Assembly (NCBI RefSeq): GCF_037042905.1
Contig: NC_087250.1
Location: forward strand, 13,208,001-13,272,000
From: Lytechinus pictus
Taxonomy: Eukaryota
Reading direction: 5' to 3'
DNA: 64,000 nt
Part shown: in pieces, positions 23,489 to 37,880 of the stretch
How positions within the stretch are numbered: position 1 is the first letter of the stretch
Layout of the letters: each line of letters opens with the position of its first letter
Translations under genes and position numbers: made by a program
Notes under the pieces: model-generated
Seen by the model: the letters and a program-made list of their open reading frames with translations, nothing else
What the model was told of the DNA's origin: nothing
Databases searched by the model: none

Positions 23489-25745
23489 CAGGGACCTGAG
23501 AAGCGGGGGTGCTGGGGGTGCTGAAGCACCCCAAAAAATTATCCTGGGGGTGCTGCGTGTATTATTTTCCATAGGCAGCACCCCCACGAAATTAGGTTCC
23601 CCCTGTATTTTTTTTAATATGTTATAATGTACATAATTATCACATCAGACAATCGCAAATCATTTATATAGTCTTTCACATATTCCAATAACATCCCTCC
23701 TATATAACGCGACTCAATCAAGCTCCAGTGGGGCAGCCACTCCACTCCGATACAGACGTAGTCGCGCGCAATACGTGATACACACTGGGGTGGTTGAAAC
23801 TTCCAGGTTTTATGTCGAATCAAGTGAGCGCGCGCCCGACCGCCCGTGTATTGTATACAAAAATTACAAGTTATAGAAATCAAATTTCACAGTCTTTTTT
23901 TCGCCCTGCCCCATGGCCCTACGGGCTGGGAAGCGGGGGTGTTCGGGGTGAAGCAACCCCAAAATTTGGGGGTGCTGCGTGTGTTATTTTCCATATATAT
24001 ATAGGCAGCGCACCTCCTGGAAATCTAGTGGTAGGTATGATAAATGACAGAAATGTAATGAAAATGAACGACGTTTTGTAGAACCCCCCCCCCCCCCCCC
24101 CACTTCAGAATTTTCTGACACATTACTTGAAATAGTGTTTAAATTCACCCTCTTTCAGATCGGAATATCAAATGTTTTCTGCTCGCGCTTCGCGCTCGCA
24201 TTATTGATTTTTATCATAAAAAATGTATTTAGAATGCCCAGATACTATATAGGTCTAACTCTAAACACGCGCACGCATGTTTTATTCAGATACGCAGCTT
24301 CACCAGCTTGATTGGGGGGGGGGGGGGTACTCCGGGCTGAAAATATTTATATCAAATACATTTTATCAAAATAAATAAATTTTATCAAAATCTGATAACG
24401 ATTAGTTAAGTTATTTAATTCTAAAGTTTAGCAATATTTTTATGAAAATGGTGATATGCATGTCGTCATGAATATTTAATAGGTGGGCTGATGCTGTCAC
24501 ATCCCCACTATCCTAGCTGTTCCTTGTGGAATCAAAATTGTTTCATTTTTTTCATACCAGAATGAATGATATGTCTCCCTTATAATGAAATAAGTTGCAG
24601 CAAAGAATATCTAATGGACTAAATCAGTTGTCAATTCAACTGTTTTGGTTCTTGAAAGGAAAAAATTGAATAAACCTAATTTCATATAATAAAATACAAA
24701 AGTGGGGAATAATGCTAATCTTTAAAATGCAATAACTGTGATTCCTTGTCTGATTTTAATCAAATCTTTATTCTTATGTTCGTCTGAGTTTTCTTTATCT
24801 GTTCAAACCATTTTACATTCAGTGTGGAGTTTCAGATCAGAATATCAAAAAATTTCTGCTCGCGCTTCGCGCTCACATTATTAATGTAAGAATATATCCA
24901 ATTACCCATCATTTTCTTGATTTACAAAACATGAATGGAATGTCCCGTTTTCAGGTCTGAAATCTCAATTTTGTTTCCGCTCGCGCTTTGCGCTCGCATC
25001 AATTGTATAGTTATATACCTATCCTGTTCATGATTAGAAAAGTGCATAAGATGTCTCGTTTTTAGGTTTGAAATCTCATTTTTATTTCCGCTCGCGCTAC
25101 GCGCTTGCATCAATTGTATAGTTTTATACCTATACTCATCATGATTAGAAAAGTACTTAGAATCTCTAGTTTTTTTGGTCTGAAATCTCAATTTTGTTTC
25201 CGCTCGCGCTTCGCGCTCGCATCAATTGTAAATATACCTATCCTGCTCATAATTAAAAAACGTGCTTAGAATGTCCAGTATTTAGGTCGGAATGTCAAAT
25301 TTTTCAGCTCGCACTTCGCGCTCGCATTATTTGATTGTTGATATATGTATCGTCTTCATGGGTAACTGCAAAACAGTCCTTATAACACGTCCCTTTCGAT
25401 CAGGCCAGAGCGTATATAAAAAAATATCTGCTCGCGCTCACAATTATTATTTGTTACATACGCATCTTGGACCACAAACATTGCTCAAAATGTTCAATTT
25501 TCAGGACAAAATACATGAAATTTCCACAAAAAATAGCTCGCGCTTCGCGCTCGAATTATCTAATTATATATTTATGTTCTTTTATAAGAAGAAGTGACTG
25601 TCATATATATGTATATTTATATATATGTGTGTGTGTGTGGTATGTGTAATTATGTTAAACTCAATTGTGTCTGTCCCCCCCCCCCCCCCCACCTCTGAGG
25701 AGAGATTTCAGCACCCCCACTGAAAAAATCGTTCCCAGGTCCCTG
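23489..25745 (+). mobile_element. Non-autonomous hAT element, copy 1 (2257 bp)
   Basis: TIR cagggacctg / caggtccctg; perfect 8-bp TSD attgagtg; internal ctcgcgcttcgcgctcgc repeats. Confidence 0.93.
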
Positions 25746-26840
25746 ATTGAGTGTGTAGCTACATGTAACAAAGCCAAATTCTGAAATATTTTTCTGTCTT
25801 CATGGTCTTAGGCAATGAATTTCGTTAGAAACATATAGCTAAATGGATGAATGTAATTTCTCGTACGATTCTTCTTATCTATAAATATATGCGTGCGTGG
25901 GTGCGTTTGTTTTGTGAGCTCGAGCACTTTTGAAATAGTGATTCATGATTCTGCCCCCCCCCCCCCCTTCTGAAAAACAGAATCACGCTCCTGTTTCGTA
26001 GCAAGTTTTATATCACAAGCTTGAAGTTTCACTTACATCACCAAATCTGTAATCAAATTCAAACACATGACCTATAAAAAGAATTATTCTTCTTCTTTAC
26101 AGTGATACCAGAATTGTGAAATTTGATATATATTCAATGCACAAATGACCGAACAGAAAGAGGTGTTTTGGTCCGACCCCAGTTCATTAAATATGCAAAA
26201 CCTTTCTCGTCATGAATATCATTGGGATGAATAAAACAACTTTTTGAGGACCCGCCTACTGACTACCTGCTGACGTTAGTTCCGACCCCCCCCCCCCCTC
26301 CCCCCCCCCCCCCCAACAAAACCAAAAATACATTATTCTATGGATTTGGGGGAAATCGTAAAATAGGAGTCATTTTTTTTACAAAATGGACATATCAATG
26401 AGCCAAAATGCATAACCCACGTTCTTTTTCATGAATGATCATTCAAAGGGTTTATTAACTTATAATCCAGTAATTTGAAGGAATAACGATTATTTATTTT
26501 GTTTTTGCCTTTCAAAACGCAACGAAGCTCATAGATTAGGTCAGTTTGTTTGAAAAAATCATAAATAAAGAAAAAACAATACAAGTTTTAGACAAATAAA
26601 CATAGTAAAATAGTGAGGTATTGAATGGTTGGATGGATTACTAGTGATATCTTTCGTTTGAGAGTGTGACCAAGTTGTGTAATGTAGAATTTGTACTCCT
26701 TAATACTTTTTCTATATATATACTTATTTTCTCTCCTATAGAGTCATTCAATAGATCGGGTGTTCTATTCATGATAGGAAATGCTATACAGGTTTCATTA
26801 AACATTCACAGAAAAACAGGTTGCATTATCATTAAATGAG

Positions 26841-26843
<3 letters not shown>

Positions 26844-26879
<36 letters not shown>
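26844..26879. repeat. (TA)n microsatellite
   Basis: Direct reading. Confidence 0.95.
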
Positions 26880-26881
<2 letters not shown>

Positions 26882-28495
26882 CTTGATTATTTTCAGCGTA
26901 GAAATCAGAGAGTTGTACAATAGTGATATCACAACCCGCATTGCCAATGGGAGTATCTTCACTATCTTGGTGTTCTCAACATGAAAATGGTCATGATTTT
27001 TTATTTCTCTCCCTTTATACCATTTCTGCTCTCATTCATTACATATCAAATCAACATAAAAATTACAGGCTATTACCAAATTTCCTCTTTCAAATGAAAA
27101 AACCGCACTTTTTTATTGCTTCACGAATATTGCTTTGAAAAATGATCTTTTGCTATGGGCTTCTGTATTTATATGCACGTAAACTTGTTAAACAATCCTA
27201 TAAAGTTATAGTTACACAAACAAGAGAGGAATGTTTACCATTTTCGGTGATCAATCACGGACTCGTTGACAAATATTTAAGTCGTAATAGATCAATCAGC
27301 TCGTCGACCTCTCAAGTTCTTTCAGCAAGGATGCAACTGCGAATGAAGGAAGATTGTCAGACTCCGACGGTATTTGCTAGTCCAAGACCAAGCCCATTGT
27401 TTACTATCCTGAATTTTAGTTGCTAAGAGATGGAGTTTATGTTTTGATGCTACCATGACTGCCATTAATTTGTCATGTTTCCAAGGTCATGCAACCGTCG
27501 GATGTAAAAAAGTTGGAGCCACTACTGGTAGTACGGTATTTGTGATTAAAAAAGGAGAAAGAGGAAGGGGAGAGAGAGAAATAAAAACAGAATGAAAGAA
27601 TAAGAAGAATTAGTAAAAGAAGAGAAAGACAGGAAAAGGCGAAGGAGAAGAAGAAGAAGATGAAAAAGAAGAAGAGGAGGAGGAAGAATGATTCCCTTGA
27701 GGTTGGGAAGCGATGAAAATAAGGGGATCGGGATGGAATAACTTCAGTGCACAAATCAGAAAAAAAACTCGAAAAGGCACCACTTTTCACCGTTTGTACT
27801 CTCAAAATCGATAATGTCTTACAAAGTCTTTTGTTTGTCATGATGCATAAGAAAATTGTTCGATTTTATCGTTAGACGTAATTCAATCTTGTATTTTTGC
27901 AATCTATTTGTTATAATGAATCGCATTTGAAAGCTGCTCTCGGGAAAGTTTGCGCAATTGTGGGTACTAACATAACTATGTTGATCGCGATCGCCTTGCC
28001 TGACAAAACGTGACACCTCAAAAGTTTCCACTTTAAGGAAAAAAATGTTATGAACAATACACCCTCACTTCACTTATAGGCGCCCATGTCCTCACACAAA
28101 CATTACACAGACACACAATAATAGACAAACAAAAAACAGGTAAAAGTTACTACTCAGCACAGCCTTTCGTGACTAGCTCCCCCGGTTGTCTCGAAAAGAT
28201 GCGTTAATTTGACTCATCTTCCTCTACCGACCCTTTCGAGAAAAGCTCCCCCATTTTCCCGAGAGGATGCGGCCACCCCCGCTCCATCCCCACCCTGCGA
28301 ACGCAGACGATTGTAGCAAGCCCTTTTAAAAAGTTCGTGAAAATGGTTTCCGCAAGACCTGAATAAATTAAAAGCTATATAAAAAAGTAGACGTTAATCA
28401 TAAAGAGTGCAAGGACTATTTCTATATTTGGCACACGTAAAAAAAAATATTTTGTAAATTTTATGCAATGTTGCGTCGAAATTTACCCTTTTAAG

Positions 28496-29080
28496 TGCTG
28501 AAAATTTGATCAAAATCGGATAACAAATAACAAAGTTATTGAATTTTAAAGATTTGCATTATTCCGGTGAAACCGTTCTAGGCATGCCTTCATGAATATT
28601 CAATGAGCAAACGGATTATGTCATCTCCCCACTTCTTCTTTTGCATATATTATATAAAATAAGGTTTAAGTGATATGTCTCCATTGTAATTAATAAGGTG
28701 CAGTAATGAATAACTAATGCACTTAATCAGTTTTCAATCCAATTGTTCTTGGTAGATTTTTTTTGATGAATTATTTTTTTTAATTCTACCAAGAAATAAA
28801 ACAATTGGCACGATTGGATTAGCAACTGATAAAGTGCATTAGTTATTCATTGCTGAAACTTATTTCATTATAATGGAGACATATAATTTACACATGTATG
28901 AAAAATGAAACAATAATAATCTCATTAAATAACATAAGAAAAAGTGGGAATTTCACACCATCAGCCCACCTAATGAATATTCATGATGACGTGCAAATAA
29001 CCGTTTTCACAAAATATTGCTAAACTTTAAATTTCAATAACTTCGTTATTTGTTATCAGATTTTGATGAAATTTTCAGCA
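28496..29080. mobile_element. Palindromic Kolobok-like MITE body
   Basis: gctgaaaatttgatcaaaatc..ataacaaataac mirrored by gttatttgttatcagattttgatgaaattttcagc. Confidence 0.7.
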
Positions 29081-29414
29081 TTTTGCTTTCTGATTTTAAC
29101 TCTATTTTTCTTTAGATAAAAATACTTTCAGCCAAGAATATTCCTTCAAACATGCATTTTGTCCAATATGGTCCTTTCTACTCAATATTGGGTAAAATAT
29201 TACTAAGTGTTTTTCGAATGCATTCAGCATGTTCAGTTTCCACTTATTAGGAGGAAAACATGTAGATGTATGCAACTGTATACCATGTGGTTCTCTCTCA
29301 GGCACATAAACATGATTTTAAGATGCGAACGTCATGTTCAAGCTAACGCTCAAGCTGCTCTGACGGATCTTGAAAAAACCCTAGCAAACTATTAAACACA
29401 CAAGCAAACTGTTT

Positions 29415-30150
29415 GTATTTTATTTATTTAATCACGGTTAAAAAGCCTGCTTTCAGCTAGAAGCTGCTTTTCAGCAAGGCCGTGGACAAAATAATGATAA
29501 TAACAATTAATACTAACATAAAATAAGCATACAAAAATAAGAACGAAAGATAAAATATATCAAAGCATGAGTGAAATACAATTGGCAAAAGTAAATATTT
29601 GAGTAAACAAAAATGAAAAATAAATACACGAAATAATATGGAGGATTTAATGAAGAAAGTGATATGAGACGTGCAAATGTAGTGAGCTTTTTTTTTCTAA
29701 TCGGGTTGTTGCGGGTAGGTTATTGAATAATTTAGAAGCTGAATAAAGGGGACTGTTTTTTTAGATAATTAGAACGAGACTTTGGTAATTGAATTTGTCT
29801 GTCTATGTTTTTAGAAGATAATCTCGTGATTTAAGTGTGATTCGAGTACAAAGGACAGATGGAGCTAGATTATTGACCAATTTAAAAATGGTAAAAATCG
29901 ACTGATTGTTCCATCTCTTGTTGAGTGATCAACCTTTAAAATGGCGTATATGTTCGCTGTACTAAATCGACTGTTTACTTCTAAGACAGATTGCAGTGCC
30001 CTGTTTTGTATAACCTGGAGACGATTTAGTTGGCTTTTATTGCCATTTCTCCAGATTGTACAACAATAGTCAAATATCGGTTGGATTAAAGCCTTATACA
30101 GCATAAGAGCTGTGTTTTTTGGTATATAACATCGAATGCGTTTTAAGGAA
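29415..30150 (-). pseudogene. CR1-type LINE 3' fragment
   Basis: LYKALIQPIFDYCCTIW..LNRLQVIQNRAL (ORF 29865-30104); stem-loop and AAAT-type tail near 29415-29485. Confidence 0.85.
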
Positions 30151-30386
30151 TAAAATGTCTAAAACTTTTTTTCCGACTTTTGTCAATTTGGGGGGTTCCA
30201 GGTTAGGGAGCTGTTTATCATTACTATTACTATTATTATGTCTATTATTTCGCTTTATGCATACGCTTTTTAGCAATAGCTTAATCGTGAAGCAAATGCT
30301 AGCAGGCAGTTAGCAATTGCTTAAGCTTACTAGCAGGAGCCTATAAAAAGCAATTGCTTCTTTTTATGCATCTGACCAAATAGCCA

Positions 30387-30625
30387 CACTGTAAAAACTG
30401 CGGTGTTAAAACCGACACCAGTTGGTGTTAATAGAGGACCACACCCCGAGGTGTTAAAATTACACCCTAGAGATTAAACATAACACCAAAGAGTGTAAAT
30501 GTAACAACCAAAGGGGTTGTAATAACACCTATAGGTGTAAAACTAACACCACCAATTTAACACCGGTGTAAAATAACTGGTGTGGTCCTCTATGTACACC
30601 GGTTAACACCACAGTTTTTGCTGCG
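30387..30625. mobile_element. CACTA/EnSpm-like MITE
   Basis: cactgtaaaaactg / cagtttttgctgcg termini, 2-bp CA duplication, many aacacc/ggtgtt subterminal repeats. Confidence 0.7.
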
Positions 30626-31793
30626 CACATTCATCTTATTCCCGTCTTGTGACGACAGATGTCGGGATTCACGGCACATTTTGCAAATTTCGTAGCATTG
30701 GTTGGAATTATCTATGGTCACAAGACGGGGTTTATTCTAATCACCTCTTCAGATTATTATTATGATGATATTATATAGCTCACTATGGTAAAACATATTT
30801 TCCCCATTCGCACTGTACATGATAATACTGTGGCTTGTGGCAACGATTTTTTTTTTCATATACAGCATTTATCATATTTGCGGCAGGAAAAATAAAAAGT
30901 AAATATTAAAATCATGTTTTCAGATAATATTTCACCGATGAACACAATTTGATCTATGTCCTAATCAAGCAGATCCAAAATCAGTCAAAATTATTTGTCC
31001 CCGCTTACATTGTACATAATACTCTGAACTGGCCCATAGCGCCCATTTTTAATTCCAAAATGCACTTATATATGCATGGTGGGAGAAAATATATACATGT
31101 ATTTTGTTAGAAATCATGTTTTCAGACACTACTTTACTCACAGATTACAAATACAAGCATTTTCTGATGCCTTTGCACTCGTTGCATTGTACGTGATAAT
31201 GGTAGGGCCTATTGCGGCTATTTTGAATGTGACAAAAGAAAATATATCTTTTAGAAATCATGTTGCCTGAAAGTACATTCACTCTTACATCACAATCATA
31301 GGCATTTTGAAGTCAAGCAAAGCCATATGTGTCAAAATTATTTGTCTCAACTTAAAGTGTTTATAATGTTATTATGGACGTATGGCAGCCATTTGGAATA
31401 TGAGAATACTTTCTTTCGTTAGTAATCGTGTTTTCAGACAGTGATTAACTTACATATCGCAATTACATGCATTTTAGTGCACATTCCTTTCAAATTCCGT
31501 TTTGCCCATTCATATTGTATATGATAGAGAATACAGGGGTCCATGTCAGCTATGTTGAATATCAAGGAAATCATTACCTTGTCAAAACTAACATTTTCAG
31601 GCATTATTTCCTTCATGGGTCAATTAGTCAATGTGGCTGAAGTTTTGTGGTTTCTATGGGTAGTTTGCATATTTTGGCGGCTATGTAGAATTTTGCAAAT
31701 TTTCGAAAAAAATGTTCAAGGTTGCAAAAGTGGCATTATTCAAATTTGTAATCAAGCATACACGAATAGACAAGAAACCATAAAAAACATAGG

Positions 31794-31809
31794 ATATATA
31801 TATATGTAT

Positions 31810-31884
<75 letters not shown>

Positions 31885-31903
31885 AATGTATATATATATA
31901 TAT
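31794..31903. repeat. (TA)n microsatellite
   Basis: Direct reading. Confidence 0.95.
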
Positions 31904-32329
31904 CATCCAGCATTTTATTTTGTTAGAAAATAGGATTTCCTCGATTTTTTTTGGGGGGGGAGGTTGTCCGAAAAAATGTTGATTAAACTTATCAATTCTA
32001 ACTTTCTGGAGACCAATGTTTATTTGGGGTTTCTTTACCCTGCACGCCACAAACAGACTGACAGAATATAATGTAACATTAATAATAATACAAAGGAAGA
32101 ACTTATCATATACAAAACATGTTATAAGGACAAGCAGAATCCCTTGAATAACATCACAGGTAAGTAATTCGTTTGAACTAAAACATGGCTCAAATTAAGC
32201 ATTCATAAAAACAAAAACTTAAGAACCAAAACTAGAGTAATGCCCCTAATAGCATTTTAAGATATAGACACCATTTGCATCTTGAATGAAAAAAATTTAT
32301 ATATATCATCATTGACGTAAATTATTCTA

Positions 32330-32600
32330 AATGCTCCAAGATATCATTTACAGCATTCTGAGAAAAAAACATCCTCAATATACTTCTGGAATGATATAAT
32401 ATTATTAGAAACTCGTATATATAACGGTTATGAATTCCACAAGTTAGGTCCTAAATGGCATATAGGCTAATGCACTCCTCCGAGTAAACAGATGAAAATC
32501 AAATGATTGCCTGTTGGATAGCTATGAATGTCTCTATTTAAAGTAAAATAATCCCAAAAATAAAGATTATATAAAATATGAGTTACCACATGTCATATCT
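32330..32600 (-). pseudogene. Old CR1 LINE C-terminal remnant
   Basis: Minus frames give YFTLNRDIHSYPT and ICHLGPNLWNS. Confidence 0.6.
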
Positions 32601-34509
32601 ATAATGTTCGGATACCACCGATTCAAGGCCACATGCTTCCTCACTACTTCCAAGTGGAGATTGTAACGTGGAATTACATCGATAAAAATTATGATTTCAT
32701 AAAATGAAGGGCCATATCGATATTGATGACCGGCTAATATTAAGCTGAAGTTGATACCATGGGTGAATAACAGTTTATGTAAATATTACATACCATTATA
32801 ATACGAGATTCATTGCCGTGAAGGGGTAAAATCTAGAGAAATCAGCCTATATCTAAATAGTATTTTGATTTGTAGATTTGAACAAATATTCATATTCAAA
32901 CATACCTGGAAAGAGCACTGGCAATTAATTATTGAATTACAAGGATTTTGATGCAAAACAATGTTTTTGTTTATTTTACCTTTCCCGAACATCTGCTACA
33001 GAGAGTGATAATTGTTGACAGTTTCGAGAATCAAAGCTTGGATCATTTCGCTCATTTATGTCTGAAAATATATTAATGTATTTTTTTTTTTTTTTTTTGC
33101 ATTCTGAAAACACGAGGCATATCAAGTCTCCAGGTTCCAGCTTATGCATATTCTTATTATGTGTAAAATAAGCTAATACATCAAAATTTCAACATTTCAC
33201 TCTAAACCTCTTTGATTGCTTGGAAATATATATACTATTCGTAATTCTGTGATGCACGTTGCATAGTTGGCAACATAACTTGCAACATAGCCATAATAGC
33301 TGGAAATAATATTGAAATTCTGACGTGGGGCCGGTATGAAAGTTGTGATACCAGAACAAACCCTTGCACTTTTTGCAATCAGACAGCCGTTCACAACACC
33401 CTTACATGTGTTGTCATTGTTATAAGCTTTAAATTATGTGATTCATATCATATAATTTCATAATACTGAATTAATGGTGACTTCACCCTAAACTCGCTGT
33501 GTACAATGTTACCTATGTGCTTATGCAATATATGTTATAATGATTTATAATGTTCTGGGGGTTTGGGCTTCATCTCTTTAGTATCTGTGACCACCCTTTA
33601 CCCCCATTTTCTCTCTCCCGAGAGCTCTCACTCTCTCTCTCTCTCTCTCTCACTCTCAATTTCCTTCACAAGTATTCCTTTTTTACTTCTTTCTCTCCCC
33701 TGCTCCCTCACTTCTCTCTCTCCCTCTCTGATCCTTCTCATTGTACTACTAATACGTAGACCTACATATATTGTTAGTTAATTTCTATAATTCTATCTTT
33801 AAAACCGACAATTTTATTCACCGCACTTTTATGTATGCAATATTACTTTGTAATGACATTGTAAATTGGCCCTTTCAGCTCTGATGTAGGCTAATGTTTA
33901 TATGTTTATAAACCAATAAATAAATAAAATAAAATAAACAAAATAATTTCATATGTTCGTGTGACATTTGCTCCGACCCTTATATGTCAAAGCGTACAGG
34001 GTTAGAATTACAGTTGTTTAAGGGTTTTTTTAGTGCTTAGAATGATAAGGATTAGGATTTATTCAGTTGTGAAGGTTATGTTTGGGGTTTAGATTTACGG
34101 CGTGCAGATTTTCCGTCGGAGCAATTATCGCCGGGGGGATGGGGTGGGGAAGGGTGGATATATTTTAGGACGGGTTGATATAGATTGCCCAGCGGCCTTC
34201 CCTTGAATACTCGTGTGCAGTAACATTTTCAGGACGATTTTCGCGGATGCTGTCCATTCTTCAATTGCAGTGACCCCCGGGAACGCGAGCCATAAACCTC
34301 TGCTATTCTCCTGCACAGGGCACACCCATCCAGGTCTTACATGGGCGTAGCATCTACACCTATTATTCTCAACATCAACGTCATAATTCCAGGGGCTGAT
34401 ACCACCAAGGCTATTATCATTTTGATTTGGGTATGGCAGTCTGCAATATCAATTCCTAATCAGTTGCCTTTATGTTTCGAATGAGGACGGTTGTCTTTTT
34501 TGTTCCAAG

Positions 34510-34585
34510 ATGACTTCCTTACTCGGACTTGTTATTTACTGTTATGCTTTTGATGTGGTTGCTACCCAAGATGCTCAACCGCCTG
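34510..34585 (+). CDS. YWTD-HYR gene exon 1: signal-peptide-like leader
   Basis: aagATG; MTSLLGLVIYCYAFDVVATQDAQPP then G|GTAAGT phase 1. Confidence 0.65.
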
Positions 34586-36419
34586 GTAAGTTATGGTGCC
34601 AGTTTGATAAAACTTGCAATGGTAACATATTTGCAATAAAAGCTTAAAAGCTATACTGATATTATTCGTCTTGACTGGATGATAGTCGACTTGTACGGAT
34701 AGCAATGTTTAACATATTGAAAGTTGTAAGTAAACCACGTATATAGTGCGGAATCGTTTAAATTGACAGGTTGGTATTTTCCTGTTTTTTGTTGAATTGG
34801 ACAGCTTGGGGACCGAGTTTTTCGAAGGAGTACTGTGTAACAAAATCAAAGGTTTATTTAATGATTAGCATGGTTTCGGAACGCTGAAGAGCGTATAATA
34901 ATTTGCAATTCATCTAAATCGTTGTATAGCGAAATTGAGTAATCGTTAAAAAAATATTGATTAGGTAGGGATTTTCTTTAAAAATGTATTTAAGCACCAC
35001 TTTCTAAGAAATAACGATGTTTACAACTGTATGATTATGTCAGCTATGTGTGTCTAATTACTCTTCACTGTTCGGGTATAGATATAAGTGACAATTACTA
35101 TTTCCGTTGCTGAAAAGATCTATTCAACTTTTACGGCCTGGTATAAGCTCCCTCCTGAATCGTTGAGTTCGTTGAGCTTAATCGAGCTTCATGTTCGATC
35201 GTGAGCAATGTGATAGGCATGGTAGTGAGAGAATTCTACACGAAACAGCAACATTTGTGTTGGAACCTGCTGCGGAGAGTACTATACCTTATCGTCCAAA
35301 GCGGTTACGGTAGGGGAGGGTAGTCGCGTATCGGAACAGCTACTTTGTGGCTACTATACTAGTTGTGTCTGCAGACTGTCGCAGAGCTGTTGATAGTGTA
35401 GTCTTACGCTAGGACCAAATAAATCATCAAAAATAGTGAGAGAATTCTACACGAAACGGCCAAAATTTTATTGGAACCTGCTGCGACAGGATGAGCGTGA
35501 TTACTGAAGTAAAGTTATCGAAATCTAGTGTTATGCCTTCTTGCTTGTCATTATTTCGGTGTTGAATAGAGCTACGGAAAGCATGGTCGGAAAACCAGAA
35601 GTACGAAAGTGTTGGAAGTACCGACTAGAAGAGTTGGAATACTGAAATTACCGGGATACTGGAAATTTCGAGAGATGAGTGGGGAAACTGAAAACACTGA
35701 AATGACTGAGATACTGAAATTACTGAAAAGAGGTATAATAACTGGATGGGCGAGTTTAATGAGTTAGAAGTACCGTGTATGATCTTCAAGGTATAACAAG
35801 AAAATCACGCAGGGTATTTGGTCTTCAACATGGTTGTGCGTTTCCATGATATATAATCTAAATTACTGAGAAGGAGCAAAGAGTCAGAATTGAAAAAGAT
35901 ATATATAGCAATATTCAGGAATGGAAATGCACACCTGAGAGCTGACCTCAAGTCAGGACACCTCAAGTAACCTGACCTAAAGTCATGTTCGTTAACTTAG
36001 AACCTTTTCGACCTCGGAGAGTACTTATCGTCCAAAGCGATTCCGGTAGGGGAGGGTAGTCGCGTATTGGAACTGCCACTTTGTGCCAACCAACGAACGT
36101 AGAGGGCAGCAACACACTTCAGTGTTGCTTTTAGGAAGGTCCACTCACTGAACTGTCTGGGAAGAGGAAATGAAGGATGAAGGAGATGCAGAGATGAAAC
36201 CAATAGAAGTCGACCTAAATGGTGACAAAAATTGCCGACACCTACTTAAGAAAATTCTGCGAGAAATGGAAGCCCTAAATAGCATAATTTACTCAATGGA
36301 AAACAGGTCGTGTGTGTCTTATCGATTGATCCAATTTTGAGTGAGACTAAGGGGGAAGAACAACAATCTTCAGCCGCCATTCCCACTCGCAATCGGTACG
36401 ATTTTTGTACAATTCCTGT

Positions 36420-36848
36420 ACCATTTGAGGTTTCTTTCCATTTCGTCTAATGCAAAATCGTCCAACTGCCAACTCGTTTACTATCATTTGGTCTACCATA
36501 AGTTCGTCCACTCACCACATGGTCTTCTTTCATTTAGTCTAATGCCGATTCGTCTGATGACCATTTGGTCCAATAGCCATATAGTCCATATACCATTTGG
36601 TCTAATTAAACTAAAGTGTTAATTGTGCCAAATGAATGACAAGAAAATCGGTATTAGACCAACGGTTATTAAACGAAATGGCAATAGACGAACTTGTGAT
36701 TAGAAGAAGTGATTATTGAACCAAATGGTTATTAGACCGAATGGTTGTTAGACGAAATGTTGATAGACGGAATGGCATTAGACTAAATGAAAGATAGACC
36801 ATGTGGTGAATGAATGAGTAGGCAGTGGACGATTTGGCAATTTATCCC
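36420..36848. mobile_element. Foldback MITE of ggtcta/tagacc repeats
   Basis: ccatttggtcta-type repeats invert near 36620; aaatcgtccaactgcc / ggcagtggacgattt ends. Confidence 0.65.
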
Positions 36849-36919
36849 ACTTGAATATAAAGCAATGCACCAGAAGTCCTTTTTCCGTCAACAACACTAT
36901 CACTCAGAATCCATCATCA

Positions 36920-37370
36920 ACATGAGATGTTCTTCTTGTTGGACTCTCCATGACGAAATACCTGATTCCATCGAAACTTTCTCATGATAAGACATTCGTC
37001 ACCGAATCGCTATCCGGCGCAACAATTGGGACGCGTCTGAGATAATCTCCACTGAAGCATAACGATTGATGCCGAGACATGTATTATTCATCTTGGAACA
37101 AATAACTTAGTGATGGAGTAGAAGTGATCGTCGCAAAGGTAGCGTCACTTTGCGAACAAATCAAGAACACAACACCTACAGGAACAATATCGCTATCGTC
37201 AATCATCAGTCGACTGAACGTGACTCCAAAGATGGCATCCAAGACGAACGAAGTAAATACATCTCTTCAGCTACATTGACAACTCAAATTTCGATGTACG
37301 TTCGCAGCTATCACGTGATGGGGTTCAGCTCAACAGGAGTGGCGTAAAGACATTAGCATGAAACTTAATC
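36920..37370 (+). pseudogene. SGNH/GDSL esterase remnant of LINE ORF1 type
   Basis: DVLLVGLSM, LSGATIG, CIIHLGTNNL, ISLSSII and DGVQLNRSG blocks in order, with stops and frameshifts. Confidence 0.75.
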
Positions 37371-37584
37371 AAACATCTGAGAAAACCCGATCGACAATAT
37401 GTGAACCAAAGCCGAGAACAAGAGCAGGATTTAATATTGAAGCAGGGACAGAAGCAAAGTCGACATTGGAGTCAGAGAGAGTGGCGAAAACAAAACTGGA
37501 ACCACAGTCATACTCATCAGAAGTGGAATCAAAGAGAGAGAGTGTCTAATATAATCTTAACCGTAAGCAAGAAGGTGGTCAGAA

Positions 37585-37880
37585 ATGGAATCAGATGAGG
37601 AGTGACCTTAGGAGTCAGACGAGTCCGGACCAGAATCAGATGTGACCTGAGCAGAACTGGCACGCTATCCAAAGAGACGAGCAGAACTGGGACCTGATGA
37701 GGAGTGACCTGAGCCAGAGGCGTGTGAAGTCTCCGGACCAGAATCAGATGTGGCTTGAACAGAACTGGAACGACATCCAAAGTGACGATCAGAACTGGAA
37801 CCAGATGAGGAGTGACCTGAAATGAGAGATGGTCAAACCCGAATCCGAGGCAGGGGTCGTAACTATCAGAACTGGCACTC
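37585..37880 (+). repeat. Degenerate tandem repeat (agaactgg / gatgaggagtgacct units)
   Basis: gatgaggagtgacct occurs three times about 105 bp apart. Confidence 0.8.

Noticed and set aside
31543..32050. ORFs of 104-127 aa
   Set aside because: Extended by the (TA)n microsatellite (YIYI runs).
37690..37825. ctgatga / gaaa hammerhead-like words in the tandem repeat
   Set aside because: Core halves are not in the same unit and stems I and III are absent.
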